A program made the position numbers and the translations under genes. The notes below the pieces were generated by a model. That model saw only the letters and a list, made by a program, of their open reading frames with translations. It did not search any database and had not been told where the DNA came from. Below are positions 1-13,555 of a DNA stretch of 64,000 nt, piece by piece (the first letter of the stretch is position 1; each line of letters starts with the position of its first letter). The DNA comes from the human T2T-CHM13v2.0 reference genome, Homo sapiens. The stretch lies in NCBI RefSeq assembly GCF_009914755.1, contig NC_060936.1; one strand, written 5' to 3'.

Positions 1-2779
1 TAGTTAAAATCATTTCTGAAGGAGAGCAGAACAGTCATGGCAGGTCTTCCACAGTCTGTGCACCTCATGTGCCCTTACCCAGGTATATGGACACCTCCTC
101 TGATACATGCATGATCTTCAGAGGAACTTCCTCAGTGCCCATTTCTTCCTATTCACTAGCATCTGAGGGGATGTTCTTTTGTTTCTTTGTTGAAAAGAAG
201 TACTTGTATAGAAAAGATTCTATCCACCAATGCTAATAATAAAAAAAGGATAGAGGTAACTAATTCAAAATAGCAGGTAATACTACACAATGTGCCATTA
301 TATCTCAGAGATAGAGAGTTATAGTTAGAAAATCATTTTCTTCTTTTTTAAATTCCCTGAATTACATTGAATATACACACTAACTAGCAACATAAAAAGT
401 CCTTCTCTAAGTTATTTACAGGAACATTTTTATAGAAAAGCAACTTCCTCTTGTGCCTTCCCCAAACCCTTCCCCTTCATTAAAGCTTACTTACAGGCCA
501 TTTTTCATTACCCAACCATCATGTAGTTGAAATGTGAATAATTGGATAATTTATCTAAGAACATTACAGAGAAGTTGCATATGCTGCAGTAAGTTATAGA
601 GCATATCTCAAAAGCAATATAAATTACAATAAGATATACACCTTTCTTCTTATTCCTTGTCCCAACTTTCAGATTCAACCAGGAGTCGACTATAAATCAT
701 TTTGGCATAAATACCATCAGGCATATTCCAAAACAGAGAAACAGTTACAATTGTGTGTACCAAAGCAAACTGCATATCATCACTGACATATAGGATATGA
801 AGTTCTTCCTCAAACATCCTCCCTGTATTGAGGACCAGGGTTGAGCAGCTGGCACTCCCAGCTTGGTAGGCGATCCCAATCTCACTCACTCTCACTACAT
901 TCTTCCAGAAGTTGCATGCTAAATGCAAGAGTCTCACCTTGTGCTAAAAAGTTGATAGTTAAGTCGATTCTTAAAATGCAATTGCATGGCTGGTTAAAAT
1001 ACTTCTGTGGAGCTTCATTTTGGAAAGAAATCTAGAATAGTAATAGGATCCTATTAAATACAATATGCTATTTTTCTTTTTTTAATTAAGAATTTTAAAA
1101 GGACCTGTATCCTCCTTTGGTCCCACCTGCTGTCCTGATCCACTTTGTACTTGTACTTCTCCTCCCACACAATAATCCTTCATTTGTGTCTGCTCAGGAG
1201 CAAATCATTCTTATTGGTTGATGCAGATTTTAATGTAAGGCAGAAAAATTTTGCTGTATACCATCTGCATAGAAATTACTTGGAAAGCAGAATGATGCTA
1301 TGCATACAACAGGTCTCTTCTAATGGCCACAGAACATTTGGAGCGTGGTTTTTCCTAACAAAACCATTCACGGAGAAGTTCACACAAGAGGGTGAAAAGT
1401 CAAATGCTTGGGACACTTCAGTCATTCCTCCAGCAAAAAGAACAATCTGAAAGTGCAGGCCTCATGGAAATTAGCATACATTAAAATTACCTTCCATTAC
1501 GCAAATGTTCTTGTATAAATCACTTGAGGAATGGGACAAAAAAAAAAAAGAAAAAAAGAAAAAGAAAAGGATTTTGGGTGGATCCCCAGGACTACAGTAT
1601 GATACAAAGTTGATCAAGAATCTTTTACTTTGAAAAGAAGAAGAATTAGAGTCCAGTAAGCTACATTCACCACTGGTCTCCATTGGAGACTAATGGACTA
1701 ATTGGAATAAAATATTTCTCAAAGATAGCCACTATCCTTTCTAAACCTAAAAGGGGTTATTCAGCCTTTATTATAATTTAGTCATTCAGCATATAAGAAA
1801 TGAAGAATAACCATAAATACATGATAGTAGCATTTGTGACACATATTCAGATACATTCGTGTGTAAAACAGGGTTTTGTTTTCCTCCAGATTCCATTCTA
1901 AATAATGTAGTGATATCATAGATTTCCTCAAACTCTAAGCACAAAGAGAATCTCTGTGAAAGTAAGATGGAGCCATTTTCTGATGATTATAAATATAGCC
2001 ATTTTTTCTAAAAGAGAGAATTATGAATTACATCAAAATTAGACTGGCTTTTAATCCTAGGTCAAAAATATATAAAAACCCTTATTTTCAATGCAAATAC
2101 AATTCCCCATTGTAAAACTTCTGTGTATGAATTTATTACATAGGCCAAACTTTCCCTAAAGGAGGAATCTCAGAGCAATTTCATGAAGGATATAAAGATC
2201 TCGAAGACATAAAACATAGATCTCATTAGAAAACACCAGTTATGGGCTTATTTCTCATTTCCTTTCTTCTCCTCACCACCAGTTTTCTTTCCCTGAATCC
2301 CAATCACTCCCACTTCCAAACCCCTTTCTTCTCCTTTTCTATTATTTTCCTTTTCATTAGAAATAGCATGAGGTACAAAACAGTTATTCTGTCATTTAGC
2401 AAATAGTTACTGAGGCCTTATGACATCTGTGGTAATACATTGCTAAGATATTGCATCAAGCATGAAATAACATCTTGCCTCCCCGTCGTTACAGGTACCA
2501 TTTTGCCCCTTCTGTTTTCCCAACTCTCTTGGACACGATCTCTGAGTAGCAGTAAAAGGAAAACTTAGGGAATACTGAGAAATCGTCTCTATGATGGTTT
2601 AACAGATGTGTTAAGGTTAAAATAATACACATTTTTAATACCTACACTTTAACCTCTCCATTTCCTTCCTTCAGCATTCAAATTACCTGAAGTCTATTTC
2701 ATCTTAAAAACCTAAAAGAAAACAAAAATCTTTCCCTGGATATCACTTTACCTCCAAAGGCAGATAGGTCTGGAGCTTT

Positions 2780-3945
2780 CTTTTGGGGATATTTTTCTCA
2801 ATTTTTATTCTCTTCTCCACCCACACCATTCTGGTTTCTGTACCATCATCCTTCCCAGGAGGAAGAGTGGAGCTAGGCCTCTAATAACCAGTGAATCCAA
2901 GAGGGCCTTTCAGATCCGTATCTTGCTTGGCATCTCAATGGCATTTCAATGGCCATGGGCACTTCCTTTCCTACAGGATCTCTCCTCTGAGATGTCAGGA
3001 CACTCCAATTTACAGGTTCTCTTCCAGTAGGACCTGTTCCAAGGTTCTCTCCTCTAGCCTTCTCTGTAAATCCACTTCCCCCTCAGCCCATACCTTGAAT
3101 ACTGAAGTTCCTCAGGGCTATGTCTGTATGTAAGCCCTCTTTTAATTCCCTGTATAATCATATCCACTCCCTTGTTTTGAATTCCCCTTCCATGCCAATG
3201 CCTTCCAAATCTCTATTTCTCCCTGTATCCTTATAGCATGTCCCAACGCCCACTTAATCCAAATATCTACTCAACATCTCCATTACAGGCCTTTCAGAAA
3301 ATACAAAATTCGTGTGCTCAAAACAGGACCCATTCATGTGGGTGCCACTCTCGGCATTCCTTATTTCAGTAAGGCCACCACGAAGCACCCTGCAAAGCGA
3401 AAACCAGGATAGCACCCTTATTCCTCTCTTCACACCATGCTATCCTTACTAATAAATAATCTAACAAATAAATAACACTGTGCTGCAGAGTCTACAAAAT
3501 TTAATAAGTTTTCAATCTGCCACTTCTCGGCATCTCCACCACCTCCATTCTATTCAGCCCATTAGCACCTTTTGTTTGGAATGATGAAATAAGCCACAGA
3601 AACATTGTCTCATAATGTAAACCCGACAATTGCATTCCCTAGCTAAAATAACTACTTTGGGTTCTTTCTGCCCAAATCCTGCAAATGTTTACGGGATGCT
3701 TCACAATCGAGCTGCAGGTGCTCTCCACCTTGTCACTGGGCATGTTTGGTCTCTGCTGCCCTCGGGACTCTAGTATGCTGCTCTTTCTGGGGTCACTGAA
3801 CATGATGGGGGTCATCTCACATCCACCTTCACACAAATGTCTCCCTATATGGAACTCCTCCCTTTCTTCGAACTTTTCACTTAACTACATCCTGTTTCAG
3901 ATCTCATCTTAAAAGGCTTCTTAGGGATGTCTGCCTTGAAACTCA
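2780..3945 (+). mobile_element. Degraded LINE-2 (L2) fragment
   Basis: Pyrimidine-rich L2-like body motifs (gttcctcagggct, ccttccaaatctctatttctcc, tactcaacatctcc, ccacttctcggcatctccaccacc). Boundaries are approximate. Confidence 0.65.
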
Positions 3946-4080
3946 AATGAACAGTTTTATGGCTACATGTTTAAATACTATATAATTAGTACATACTACA
4001 AATGCATTTAACATAAGATTGCACATTATAAATGTCATAATACTTCCAAATGAAGACCAGATATAGTAAAACAAGTTGAT

Positions 4081-4412
<332 letters not shown>

Positions 4413-4609
4413 TTATCTAGTTTACCTCATTATCTTATTAATGCTATCAGGTCACTACTGCAATACTTTTGAATTTCTATATTCCTACATTTATCTCTAA
4501 GCCACCTTGAAGGTAGATATTGAGGAAGATCCTAAGCTTCTCCGCCACACTTTTGTGATCACTTCAGCTGTTGCCACAGTGTGGGAATAAAAGGAGACTA
4601 TATCTTTGT

Positions 4610-4980
4610 TTTACAGCCTTGACAAGGCATTTACATTTTTAAACCTTCTTAGTGTGCCTCCCCAGTGAGATAAAAAATCACCACTCTCTTTGGGAGGGGT
4701 ATGATACATGCCCCCTGCTTCCACCCCAATACCACCTCACCCCACCTGGGGAAGGGAAGCCTGATGCATAAACCAATCACATAGAGAAGTGAGTGCATTA
4801 GAGGCAACACCGTCTCATTTGGTCTAATTTGTATATAGGTTGCACCCTACAGTTTTCAGATCAGCCCACAGTTCCCAAGAGAGTCTACCATTTCCCTTAG
4901 GGAAATAGAACGGATCGGGCAGATACCTAGCACAGCCTCCTAGGATTTGGTGAAAAATTCTTTCTTATGAGTAATGTTTT
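4610..4980. other. Ancient repeat-like or conserved-element-like block with central palindrome (possibly MER121-like)
   Basis: ATTTCCCT-T-AGGGAAAT palindrome at 4890-4906, CCAAT at about 4773 and octamer-like ATTTGTAT at 4827-4834. The family name is recollection only. Confidence 0.3.
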
Positions 4981-5221
4981 ACACCATAAATCAAACTAGT
5001 TTTTAGTGGTGGTATTCTCCTCCTCCTGTAAGCATTCAACCTCAGTTAACTTCACTGGAGGGTTTATTGTTATCTTTTGTTTCGGTCTCACCTTAATAAA
5101 CTTTCTCTTTTTAGCAGTGTGCTGCTATTGTGGGTTTTGCTGTTATTTGTATTATTATCATACACAAGGATATTTAAAAATAGCTTATCAAATGGATACA
5201 GTTACTTAAAGAGGTTACTAA

Positions 5222-5987
5222 ATTCATTGTTAGTCATTTGATAAGCATCTTCTGAGGAAAAAAATTCTGTGCCAGTCCCTGTGCTATTAACAGGACCCTG
5301 TGAATGAAACAGGCATTAACCTTTACTCCTTGCTCATGAAACAGACAACTAGTGGGGGAGAGAGGAAATAAACAGTCAAAATGATACCAAATACTGTAAT
5401 TGTAAGCATACAAAGAAAACAAACATGGTGAAATGCTAGCAGTAAAGAGTGAGCGACAATTTAGATAGGGTAGCAAAAAAAGACCTCTCGAAACTTGATA
5501 TTTTGGCTGAGACCTAAAGGATGAAAAGCCAGACGTGGTGAGGCAGATGTGAGAAGGGGGCGGTTCTACACAGTGGGAACAGTGTATGCAAAGGCCCTGA
5601 TTTGGGGACAGCTTTCGGCATGTTCTCAAAATGGAAGTGACAGAGGTAAGCAGAAGCCACAACCCGCAGGGCCTTTTTGGTCATGGCAAAGACTTTAGGT
5701 TTAATTCATGTATAATGAGCTGCTATTGGAGGGCTTTAAACAGGGGAATAACATGATATGATTATAATATAATCTGATTGATATCGTCCTTGGGCTGTTG
5801 TGTAGGAAATGGATTTGTGGGGTTGGGAAGAGAGAGTAGGCAAAGTGGCCAGGTGGGAAACTATTGCTGGAGTCCAGGAGAAAAACGATGGTGGACTAGG
5901 AAGGTGGCAATGGAAAACACATAGAAATGGAGAGCTTCAAGATATACTTTGTGAATAGAAACACTGGGATTTGCTGATGGATTTAAA
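5222..5987 (-). mobile_element. L2 (L2a-like) 3' fragment
   Basis: Typical antisense L2 motifs: tgtgccag, gggaacagtgtatgcaaaggccctga, ggtcatggcaaagactttagg, ttggagggctttaaacagggga, ggatttgctgatggatt. Confidence 0.85.
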
Positions 5988-8279
5988 CGCAATTATGCAC
6001 ATTTACAAGGACATCTGACTACTATTAACCTACACAAACATTCAGTCATGACTTAACTTCACATTGTGATTATAATGGGTATAATCAGTTGGATGGATGA
6101 TACTAATTTAAAGCAAAGAATAATTTAGAGAAAATATTGAAAATACATCCATTATGAAGGTTCTTTTGAAAGAATGTTAAACACCTTTTCATTTGAATAA
6201 ACCCCTTATTGTCATTAGCAACATATTAACAGCTTTAGTCTACGTCTGTTAAAAACAAGTTCAGTACAATAGGAATATTGTTTTTGTCATGACTAATGTA
6301 CCCTTTACTAATTTTTTTAAAGTAATGCTACGGACTCTATTAACTACAATTTTATTACCCAGTGTGTTATCCATTCCTTATCTGATCAAAACCCCTTTTC
6401 TTTGGGGTGTTCCTCTCCCATACTTTTGGGAGTACACGTGGTCCATGCCTGGCACTGTGCCTGAACTCAGTGGCCTCAACAAAATTGTGCAGGGATGGAT
6501 GGGCATATACCCAAATGAGGTCTTCTCTGGATATTTTTTAATTGCACATGGAGGGTGACCGTCCATTCCAATGTAGAGCTGGGGCTGCCAGCATCGCAAA
6601 AGCCTGAGTTCAGCCTGAGCCTCAGATAATAAATCGGAGCAGAGTCAACCAGAAGAATACAAAAGAGGCAGAGTGAAAGAGAGGTTCTGAAATCAAACTA
6701 GTTTATCTCACTACAACTGGGAGTCCTAACTTATATCAAGGGAGACACATTTAATAAAGAGTATTCAAAAATATTGGGAGAAAGTTTTGAAGGTTAAAGT
6801 TAAAGATTAAAGAGATTGAAAAGCCAACGTTAGAGTTTTAGGTTTTTGTCCATTTGTTTTATTTTCTTTTAGAGGAGATTTCAACACATTTTATTTTAAA
6901 TAGTTCTAACATGCCCATGGTAAAAACTCAAACTAAAAATGCACATGTGTGCTTGTGTGTACAAGCCTGCATGTATGTATGTGTATATTTAAGATAGTGT
7001 ATATTGCATGTATCTGGAAAGATACTTAGGAAATTATTAATCGTGCTTGTCTCTAGGAGAAGCAAGAAAAAAAAAGAATACAAGTGTGAGAGGGAACTAC
7101 AGGATCTGCTAGAAATATAACCAAGGAGCATGGAAGGTAGACATGAAATAGCACATTTGAAAGCAGTGATGTGAAAATACATATAGGAATGAAGGACCTA
7201 ATACATTCCGGTCCTCAATAAAATTACCACATTAGGTTACTGAAGAAAGCGACGCATCTGGGGTGAATAATGTGGGTGGTCACTATGTCTTTTGAAAGTC
7301 TCTTTAGCTCCAATGAGTAAGAAATATATTGACAGAGAACATAAAAGGCTCAAAACAATCTGCTTATAGGTATAAGAAAGAGGGCAGGTGGTATAAAATC
7401 ATGTTCTGTGTGGATCTCACATAAATCTAATCCTGCTCAAATCTGTGCTAAACTTTGAAATCCTGCATTGTTAACTTATTCATATATAGATATTTCATTT
7501 CAATGAATGAAGTTGAGTAAAGAATGGTTTGCTGGGAGGAGCAGCAAAGGAAAAACAAGAGCCTCCTTCCCTAGACCAATGACTATAGACATAGAAGACA
7601 AAGAGAAGAGAAAAGGAGACAGGGTCCAGCACCTTCAGGAGAACAGAGAGGAGGCAGTGGCTGCAGTTATCTTAGGAATTCACAGAGCTGACCATGGCTG
7701 TCTCTTCTCACCTTTTGCTGGCTGCTTCCCTGTGGCCATTTCTCTTTTTCCTCTATGCATTCTACACAAGCATATTGGTGCAACTCATGGCTTTTTTAAG
7801 CTAGCTTGGATAACTCAAAGACTGCCAAATGCCTGTCTTCAACCCTCATTTCTATTCTACATACCAGCTCCATATTCCTACCTAGGACATCTAACATCTA
7901 ACACAGCCACAAGTGACTCACTGTTTTCCATTCCTGAAACCTGTACTGCCTTCTGAGTTCCAGCTACACTATTGCCATTCATCTAATTATCTAAACTAGA
8001 ATCTCTGAATTGCCTTCAAAAATTTATCATTTAAGATTCAACTCCAATGATAGCTCATCTGAAACTTTTACCTACTTCCTCTGAGTTATTTTTTGCACCA
8101 TCAAAATTATTTTAATAACCCAATTAGAGGTGAAGATAGTAAACCAGAAAGCATAAAATGTTCTAATCTTTGTGTTAAGATTAACAGGTAAAATATGCAT
8201 AGCATGTGTTTAGGATCTACATGCTAATTGTACTAATTCTCCTCTGAGTTATTAACTCTCCTGGGTACACCTACAGTAT

Positions 8280-8470
8280 TGTGTAAATGTCTTTATTATA
8301 GCATTTATAACACCATGTTGCAGAGTTTTACTTCTGTGACATGATTTGACATTAGACTGGGAGTTCCTAGCGGGCAAGAGATATTGAATGCATTTTTCAA
8401 AACCCAGAATATAGTACGGCATCTATCACATAAATAAAGGCCCAATGATTGTTCATTGAACTTATTTATT
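8280..8470 (+). mobile_element. L2 3' end fragment
   Basis: ttagactgggagttcctagcgggcaag...cccaatgattgttcattgaa resembles the L2 3' terminus. Confidence 0.55.
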
Positions 8471-11460
8471 TATACCACTTGATTACATTTCACAATTTAA
8501 GAATAATCCATTTTAAATTAGAATGCATTACTAAACTAACACTTTAAATATGCAGCATTAACTTTACATATATTTATAATCTCACTGTAAGAATATGCAG
8601 AAGATGAAAATGTACAACAGAAGTGAATATCAGGTGGATGATTTTAGCTCTGCAGCTGCTGTTATTTATACTTTAGGAATTATGAACTATGTGAATAATG
8701 GCACACAGAATAAATTCATGTGATTGCCATGTGTAGGCTATGTGCAAAAAAGAGAGGGAGAAAAGAGGGGTACACATCTGTTTTATTAAAATGGTGTCTT
8801 TGTTTAAAACAAGTATTTTTAGACTTCACAGGATGGTTGGGTACAAATCCATGACCTATATATTTTGTCTACACGGACTAGATTTCCTGCATTTTTTCTT
8901 TTTTATCTCTCATGTCAGGGGCTAATTCAGACTTACTGAAGTTATTTAGCTCAAGGAGCACGACCACATCCTTGTTATCATTTCATTGATAATTTAAGAG
9001 AGATTCTGTTTGCTCTACATTGTGTTACGTTCCCATTCCAGGCTCTCTTCAATCCCTAATGCTAAGTAAAAAGTTAAAAATAAAAGGCTTACTTCAGTTA
9101 CATTCAACAAACGTGTAGATCATACATGTGCCAAGTAGTCTGCTATGGGTTGGAATACAGAAACGATAGATAATCAGACAATGCCCATGACCAAGTAGCT
9201 CTCAATTAAACAAATTAAACAGTTAAGAATGATCCTCCTATGTATATCCTGTGTGCAACTGGTAAGTAAATCATTCGAACACCCTGGGAAGAGCAAAGCT
9301 TCCCAACAGGATAACTAACCTTTTGTTAAGGTTTAATGTGTTTTACAAAACCAAAGATTTCTTACTAACACTTTAGGAAAACAATGTGGTATCTATATAT
9401 ATTTTTAATTCGTTTTGACTTCTCACATCCTGTGCTATTAGTTATTACAGGACTAAATGTCCATCGATGTTCATGTAAAGTGGGAAAACAATGGAAAGAG
9501 AAAGGAGGCTCTTAAGTTATTCTGAAGGAGGAAACCATTAGAAATACAGTATCCGTATACTTGGGTTAGAATTTTAAGAAGCAACTCTAGGAAACCAAAT
9601 TTATACAGAAACTATTCTTAAAGAGAATTTTTAAAATTCCTTCCAACATAAAAATTGATTCTAAATATTTGAATTCTAGTTTTAAAATCAAACAAGCAAA
9701 AACGCCACCACCAAATGATGATGGAAAACACGACAGAACTCATAAACTAAATTTTGAATCCTAACATTCTTAAAAAAACAGGATAAAACACATTAAAGGA
9801 GGGGACAGGAAGAACAGAAATGATAAGCTTTTGCAAGGGTTTACACATACATCTAATTACCTCATTTCCCTGGACAACAACCTGTCCATGCCTAGAAAGG
9901 ACTGCCCAAAGTACCATGTCATTACATCAGGAGACCAGGATTGCAGTAAGTAAAAGATAAAGTCAACCTAGCGCTGTTATCCTTGGAGGTAAGATGATAA
10001 AACATCCAATTCTACACATTTTAATAGTTATATAATATTTCCAACACTGCAGTAAAAAATAACAATAGGAATATAAAGCACTCACTGGCATAAAGGCTTC
10101 CCACTCTGTTTTAATAAAAAGGAAAATCGTTGCAGAAATGCATAAAACTACTGATGAGATTCTGGGTCTTGCTACTGCGAGCAAGTAGATTACTCTGTAC
10201 ATGTCACTCCCTGGAGAAAGAGTCATGCGAACAGCTTTAAAAAGTCATGAAGGAAAGTCTGGAATAGTTTCCTTTCATCCAGGGTAATAGTTTTACAAAC
10301 TGTCCTATTGGCTCTGGCGCCTTACCTAGTTGTCAAAATAACCTGGAACATCCTCTGCATTTAAGAAAGATAAAGAAGAGATGACTATGGTGTCTAATCA
10401 GATAGGGTGAGGAACTGCCTTCCCCTTTTAAGAGCAGCATCAATTAAACCCAGGGGAGGTGGGTACAGTTTACTAGTTAATTAGTCCAGGGATGTGGTTC
10501 TTTCATGTGTAATTCAGAACAGGAACACCTGGTGTGCGGCTCTTCAAAGCACAAAGGGGGGTGTGGGGGACTGTGGCGGGGATGCCAAACAATGCAAGAG
10601 AGGTCACAACAGAAAGCAAGAGCACAAGAACAAAAACTGTTTCTATGTGACCTTCACCCTGCTGTAAATAAAATGAGATTCCTTAGGGTCCTCTCCCCGA
10701 CTGGTCCAGGGAGAACAAACAGCTCCTGGCCCTCTCGGGTAGTTCTAAAAAGACATGGTGTTAACTAATTGTTTTATAACCCAATTAAAAAGAAAACAGA
10801 CAGCCAGAGAAATGCAAATAGGGATATAATGATTAGAATCACATTCTGATATATAGCACACACCAAAAATATTGGCATACTCTCTCTTTGCCACGTGACC
10901 AGAGCTGCCCAGGTAACATTTGACAAAATCAGGAAGGGAGGCTTCTACTTTAGGGCAAATTAGCTTGTTCTACTGAATCAGAAATTGAGCAGTTTGCTAA
11001 TGGAACACCTCTTCTTGTGAATTCTAAAATGATGAGGTAATTTTTTTTTTTAAATTGTTGCTTCTAAACATTCTGGTTGCAGACAGGTTGATAAATGCAG
11101 GTGAAGAAACATTAATGTTTAAATTGAGACAAACAATATATAATTTCAGCTGTGGTATCCATTTAAAGACAAAAATAATAAATTTTTAAGGGTTGTGTTA
11201 GTGGGTTCATTCAGAAGGAATGAAGAAAAGTATCTGCTGGAATGGATGGAATCTGCCACCTTTTAAAAACCACTGCTGTGAGAAATTCTGCAACAGAGAA
11301 CACTGTGTGTGAGGATACCATGAAAAAGCCTGCCATCAGGAATTTTCACTTAATTTTAAAGATTGCAGGTTCAGAAGAAAGTGGCTTAACAATTTCTAGC
11401 ATTGATTATACTTGTTTCTGCTCTAGAGAAAACTTTAATAAAAACAGTCTAAAACCAACT

Positions 11461-11537
11461 TTGTGTGTCTGTGTCAGTGTGTTATAAATGTGTTTATTTA
11501 TAACACACGCACACACACACATAAACACACATACACA
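11461..11537. repeat. (TG)n...(CA)n inverted microsatellite hairpin
   Basis: Perfect 13-bp stem GTGTGTTATAAAT (11477-11489) / ATTTATAACACAC (11496-11508), flanked by TG and CA repeats. Confidence 0.85.
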
Positions 11538-11936
11538 AAACCAGGCTTCTGATCCATTAAACCAAAGACATTTGAGAGAGGGAGGTGAACAAGAAAATGA
11601 AGAAATGGTGAAAATGTTCTCAGCACATCTCTATAGCTCTCTATCTGTATTAAGAATGAACAATGGGCCAGAGATGGGAGAATTGAACAAAAACACAGAA
11701 TTACCCAGTGACGCAAGGCAAAGAAAGCTGCCCAAAGGAAAAGTAAAAATAAGTGTTGACAATTTATTTGAGATTCACTTTTAAACACTGAACATAAGGA
11801 GAACAGTATTCTCCCAACCGTTCATAATGATTAGTTTCCACTATCTAGTTTTTAAGTAATAATCCAGGGATTAAAAAAAGTACCTTTCCTCTGTATTTTT
11901 AAAAATACATTCACTTATTTGTAAAAGTTAAAATCT

Positions 11937-12450
11937 GTCCTGGACTGAAAGAAAACAGCCTTGCCATGAATCAGGCTGCAAAGACAGACACAGAAAAAGC
12001 CAAATGCAAACAAAACAAACTAACAAAACAGAAAACACTGTTTCTCCCAAGGCCATGCAGGAATTACAAAATGCCATTAAGGACTCCCTCATTTTTATTG
12101 ATGTCACTCTACCCCAGACCTGCTCCGCTATTTTCATTTCTTCCTGGGAATACCCATTTGCTGCTAAACCACCCTAGCCTAAATTATGACAGCATCCAAT
12201 CACAAGTTAATTCCCACTTCCAATCCCGCCTCAGATATAGCAACCAATCCAAAACGGATCCCTCCTTCCCTTAGACCCTCCTCTGAATCCTTCAGTAAGA
12301 AGCCAACCTAACACAAGTTGCTCTCTCCTAACTCTTGTCATAGGAATTCCATGTTTCCTTGGAATTCCCTCCCTTACTAAGTCAATAAATCTGATTGTGT
12401 TGGACTCCAACCTCGTTCCTGTATAATCTTTAGCTGATTAGCCTTTTACA
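11937..12450 (+). mobile_element. Solo ERV LTR (old family, possibly MER90/MER110-like)
   Basis: Three CCAATC boxes, AATAAA at 12384-12389, and a U5-like tail ending in CA at 12450. The 5' boundary is uncertain. Confidence 0.6.
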
Positions 12451-12454
12451 CATA

Positions 12455-13290
12455 CAGTAAATAATTACTGAGTATCTGCTTTGTGGAATGCACTGGCGTT
12501 CTGTGAAAGATAAATGAGAATAACTAGGATTCTCTGCTTTCCCAAAGTCCTACTATCTTAGAGATAAGACAGATATGTACATAATATAAATAAATGTCAC
12601 TTATAATAATTACAACAGGACAGATGTAAACAAAGCACTCTGGATGTTCAGAGGATGGAGGGATGGCTGTCAGGATGGGATCTGGGGATGCTTAAGAGAA
12701 AAAGCAGCATATGGTCTGGACCTTCGGAGAATGAGAGTTCATGAGGCCTGGGGGCAGGCAGTCCAAGTGGAGGGGGAGGTGGAAATCAAGATGTGGATGT
12801 TGGGAAGGGCTGCATGTGTTCAGGGAGTGACAACACAAAGAATGCACTTGAAATCACTGGGAAGTTAGCCTGAAATCTGAGACTAAAATGGATGTATTTC
12901 ATTTGGTAGATGATATGAAACCATTAAAGGTTTTTTTAAACCAGGCAATGGCTCCATCAGTGCTATACTTTAGGGCAATTTATCTTCTAATGATGTGAGG
13001 GATCGGCAAGATAGAAGTCTATTTTAAATAGTCCCAAAGAGATGGGTTAAGGGTTTGAAGTAGGATCCTGAAAATGGGAATGGAAAGGAACAAAGAATCT
13101 AAGAGAGATTATAAGTCAAAGCTCCAGAAAATGATGACAGACAGGACACGTGGAGCAAGAGAGAAGTCAGAGGACCAAGCTCTGGAATCTGGGTAACCAG
13201 AAGGCCCAGAGAGTCCTCAAGGGATGCTGAGAAATCCTAAGGGGAGACACGCAGTGGAGTAGAGTCATGGGTTTTCATTCCACCACCATC
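12455..13290 (-). mobile_element. L2 fragment
   Basis: Antisense L2 3' end (aaataattactgagtatctgct) followed by a purine-rich L2-like body (gaaaccattaaaggtttttttaaaccagg). Confidence 0.65.
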
Positions 13291-13384
13291 CAATCTACTG
13301 CAGTCCCAAATCCCATTCTGTTTCTGTTCTACTTTTAATAGCTATCCTGGAGAGCAAGCAAGCATTGTTTTCAGACAAAGAAGG

Positions 13385-13555
13385 ACAGTATCTTATGGTG
13401 AAAGCTGGGTTTAAGTATCACTTTGTCATTACTAGCTATGTAACTTGGCAATTATTTGCCCTCTCTAACCCTAAAAGTTTTCCTTTGTGCATAGGGGATT
13501 ATAACAGCACCTGCCTCATAGAGATGCTCTGATGACTAAACTAAATTAATGAGGG
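13385..13555 (+). mobile_element. MIR SINE
   Basis: MIR core: ctgggtttaag...ttactagctatgtaacttggcaa...ggggattataacagcacctgcctcatag. Confidence 0.8.

Noticed and set aside
650-937. 95-aa minus-strand ORF
   Set aside because: I recognise no homology, the start codon is not ATG, and there is no convincing exon structure.
7507-7956. 149-aa ORF, among the longest outside Alus
   Set aside because: It has no recognisable domain or splice context, and its 3' part overlaps L2-like sequence. The length is compatible with chance.
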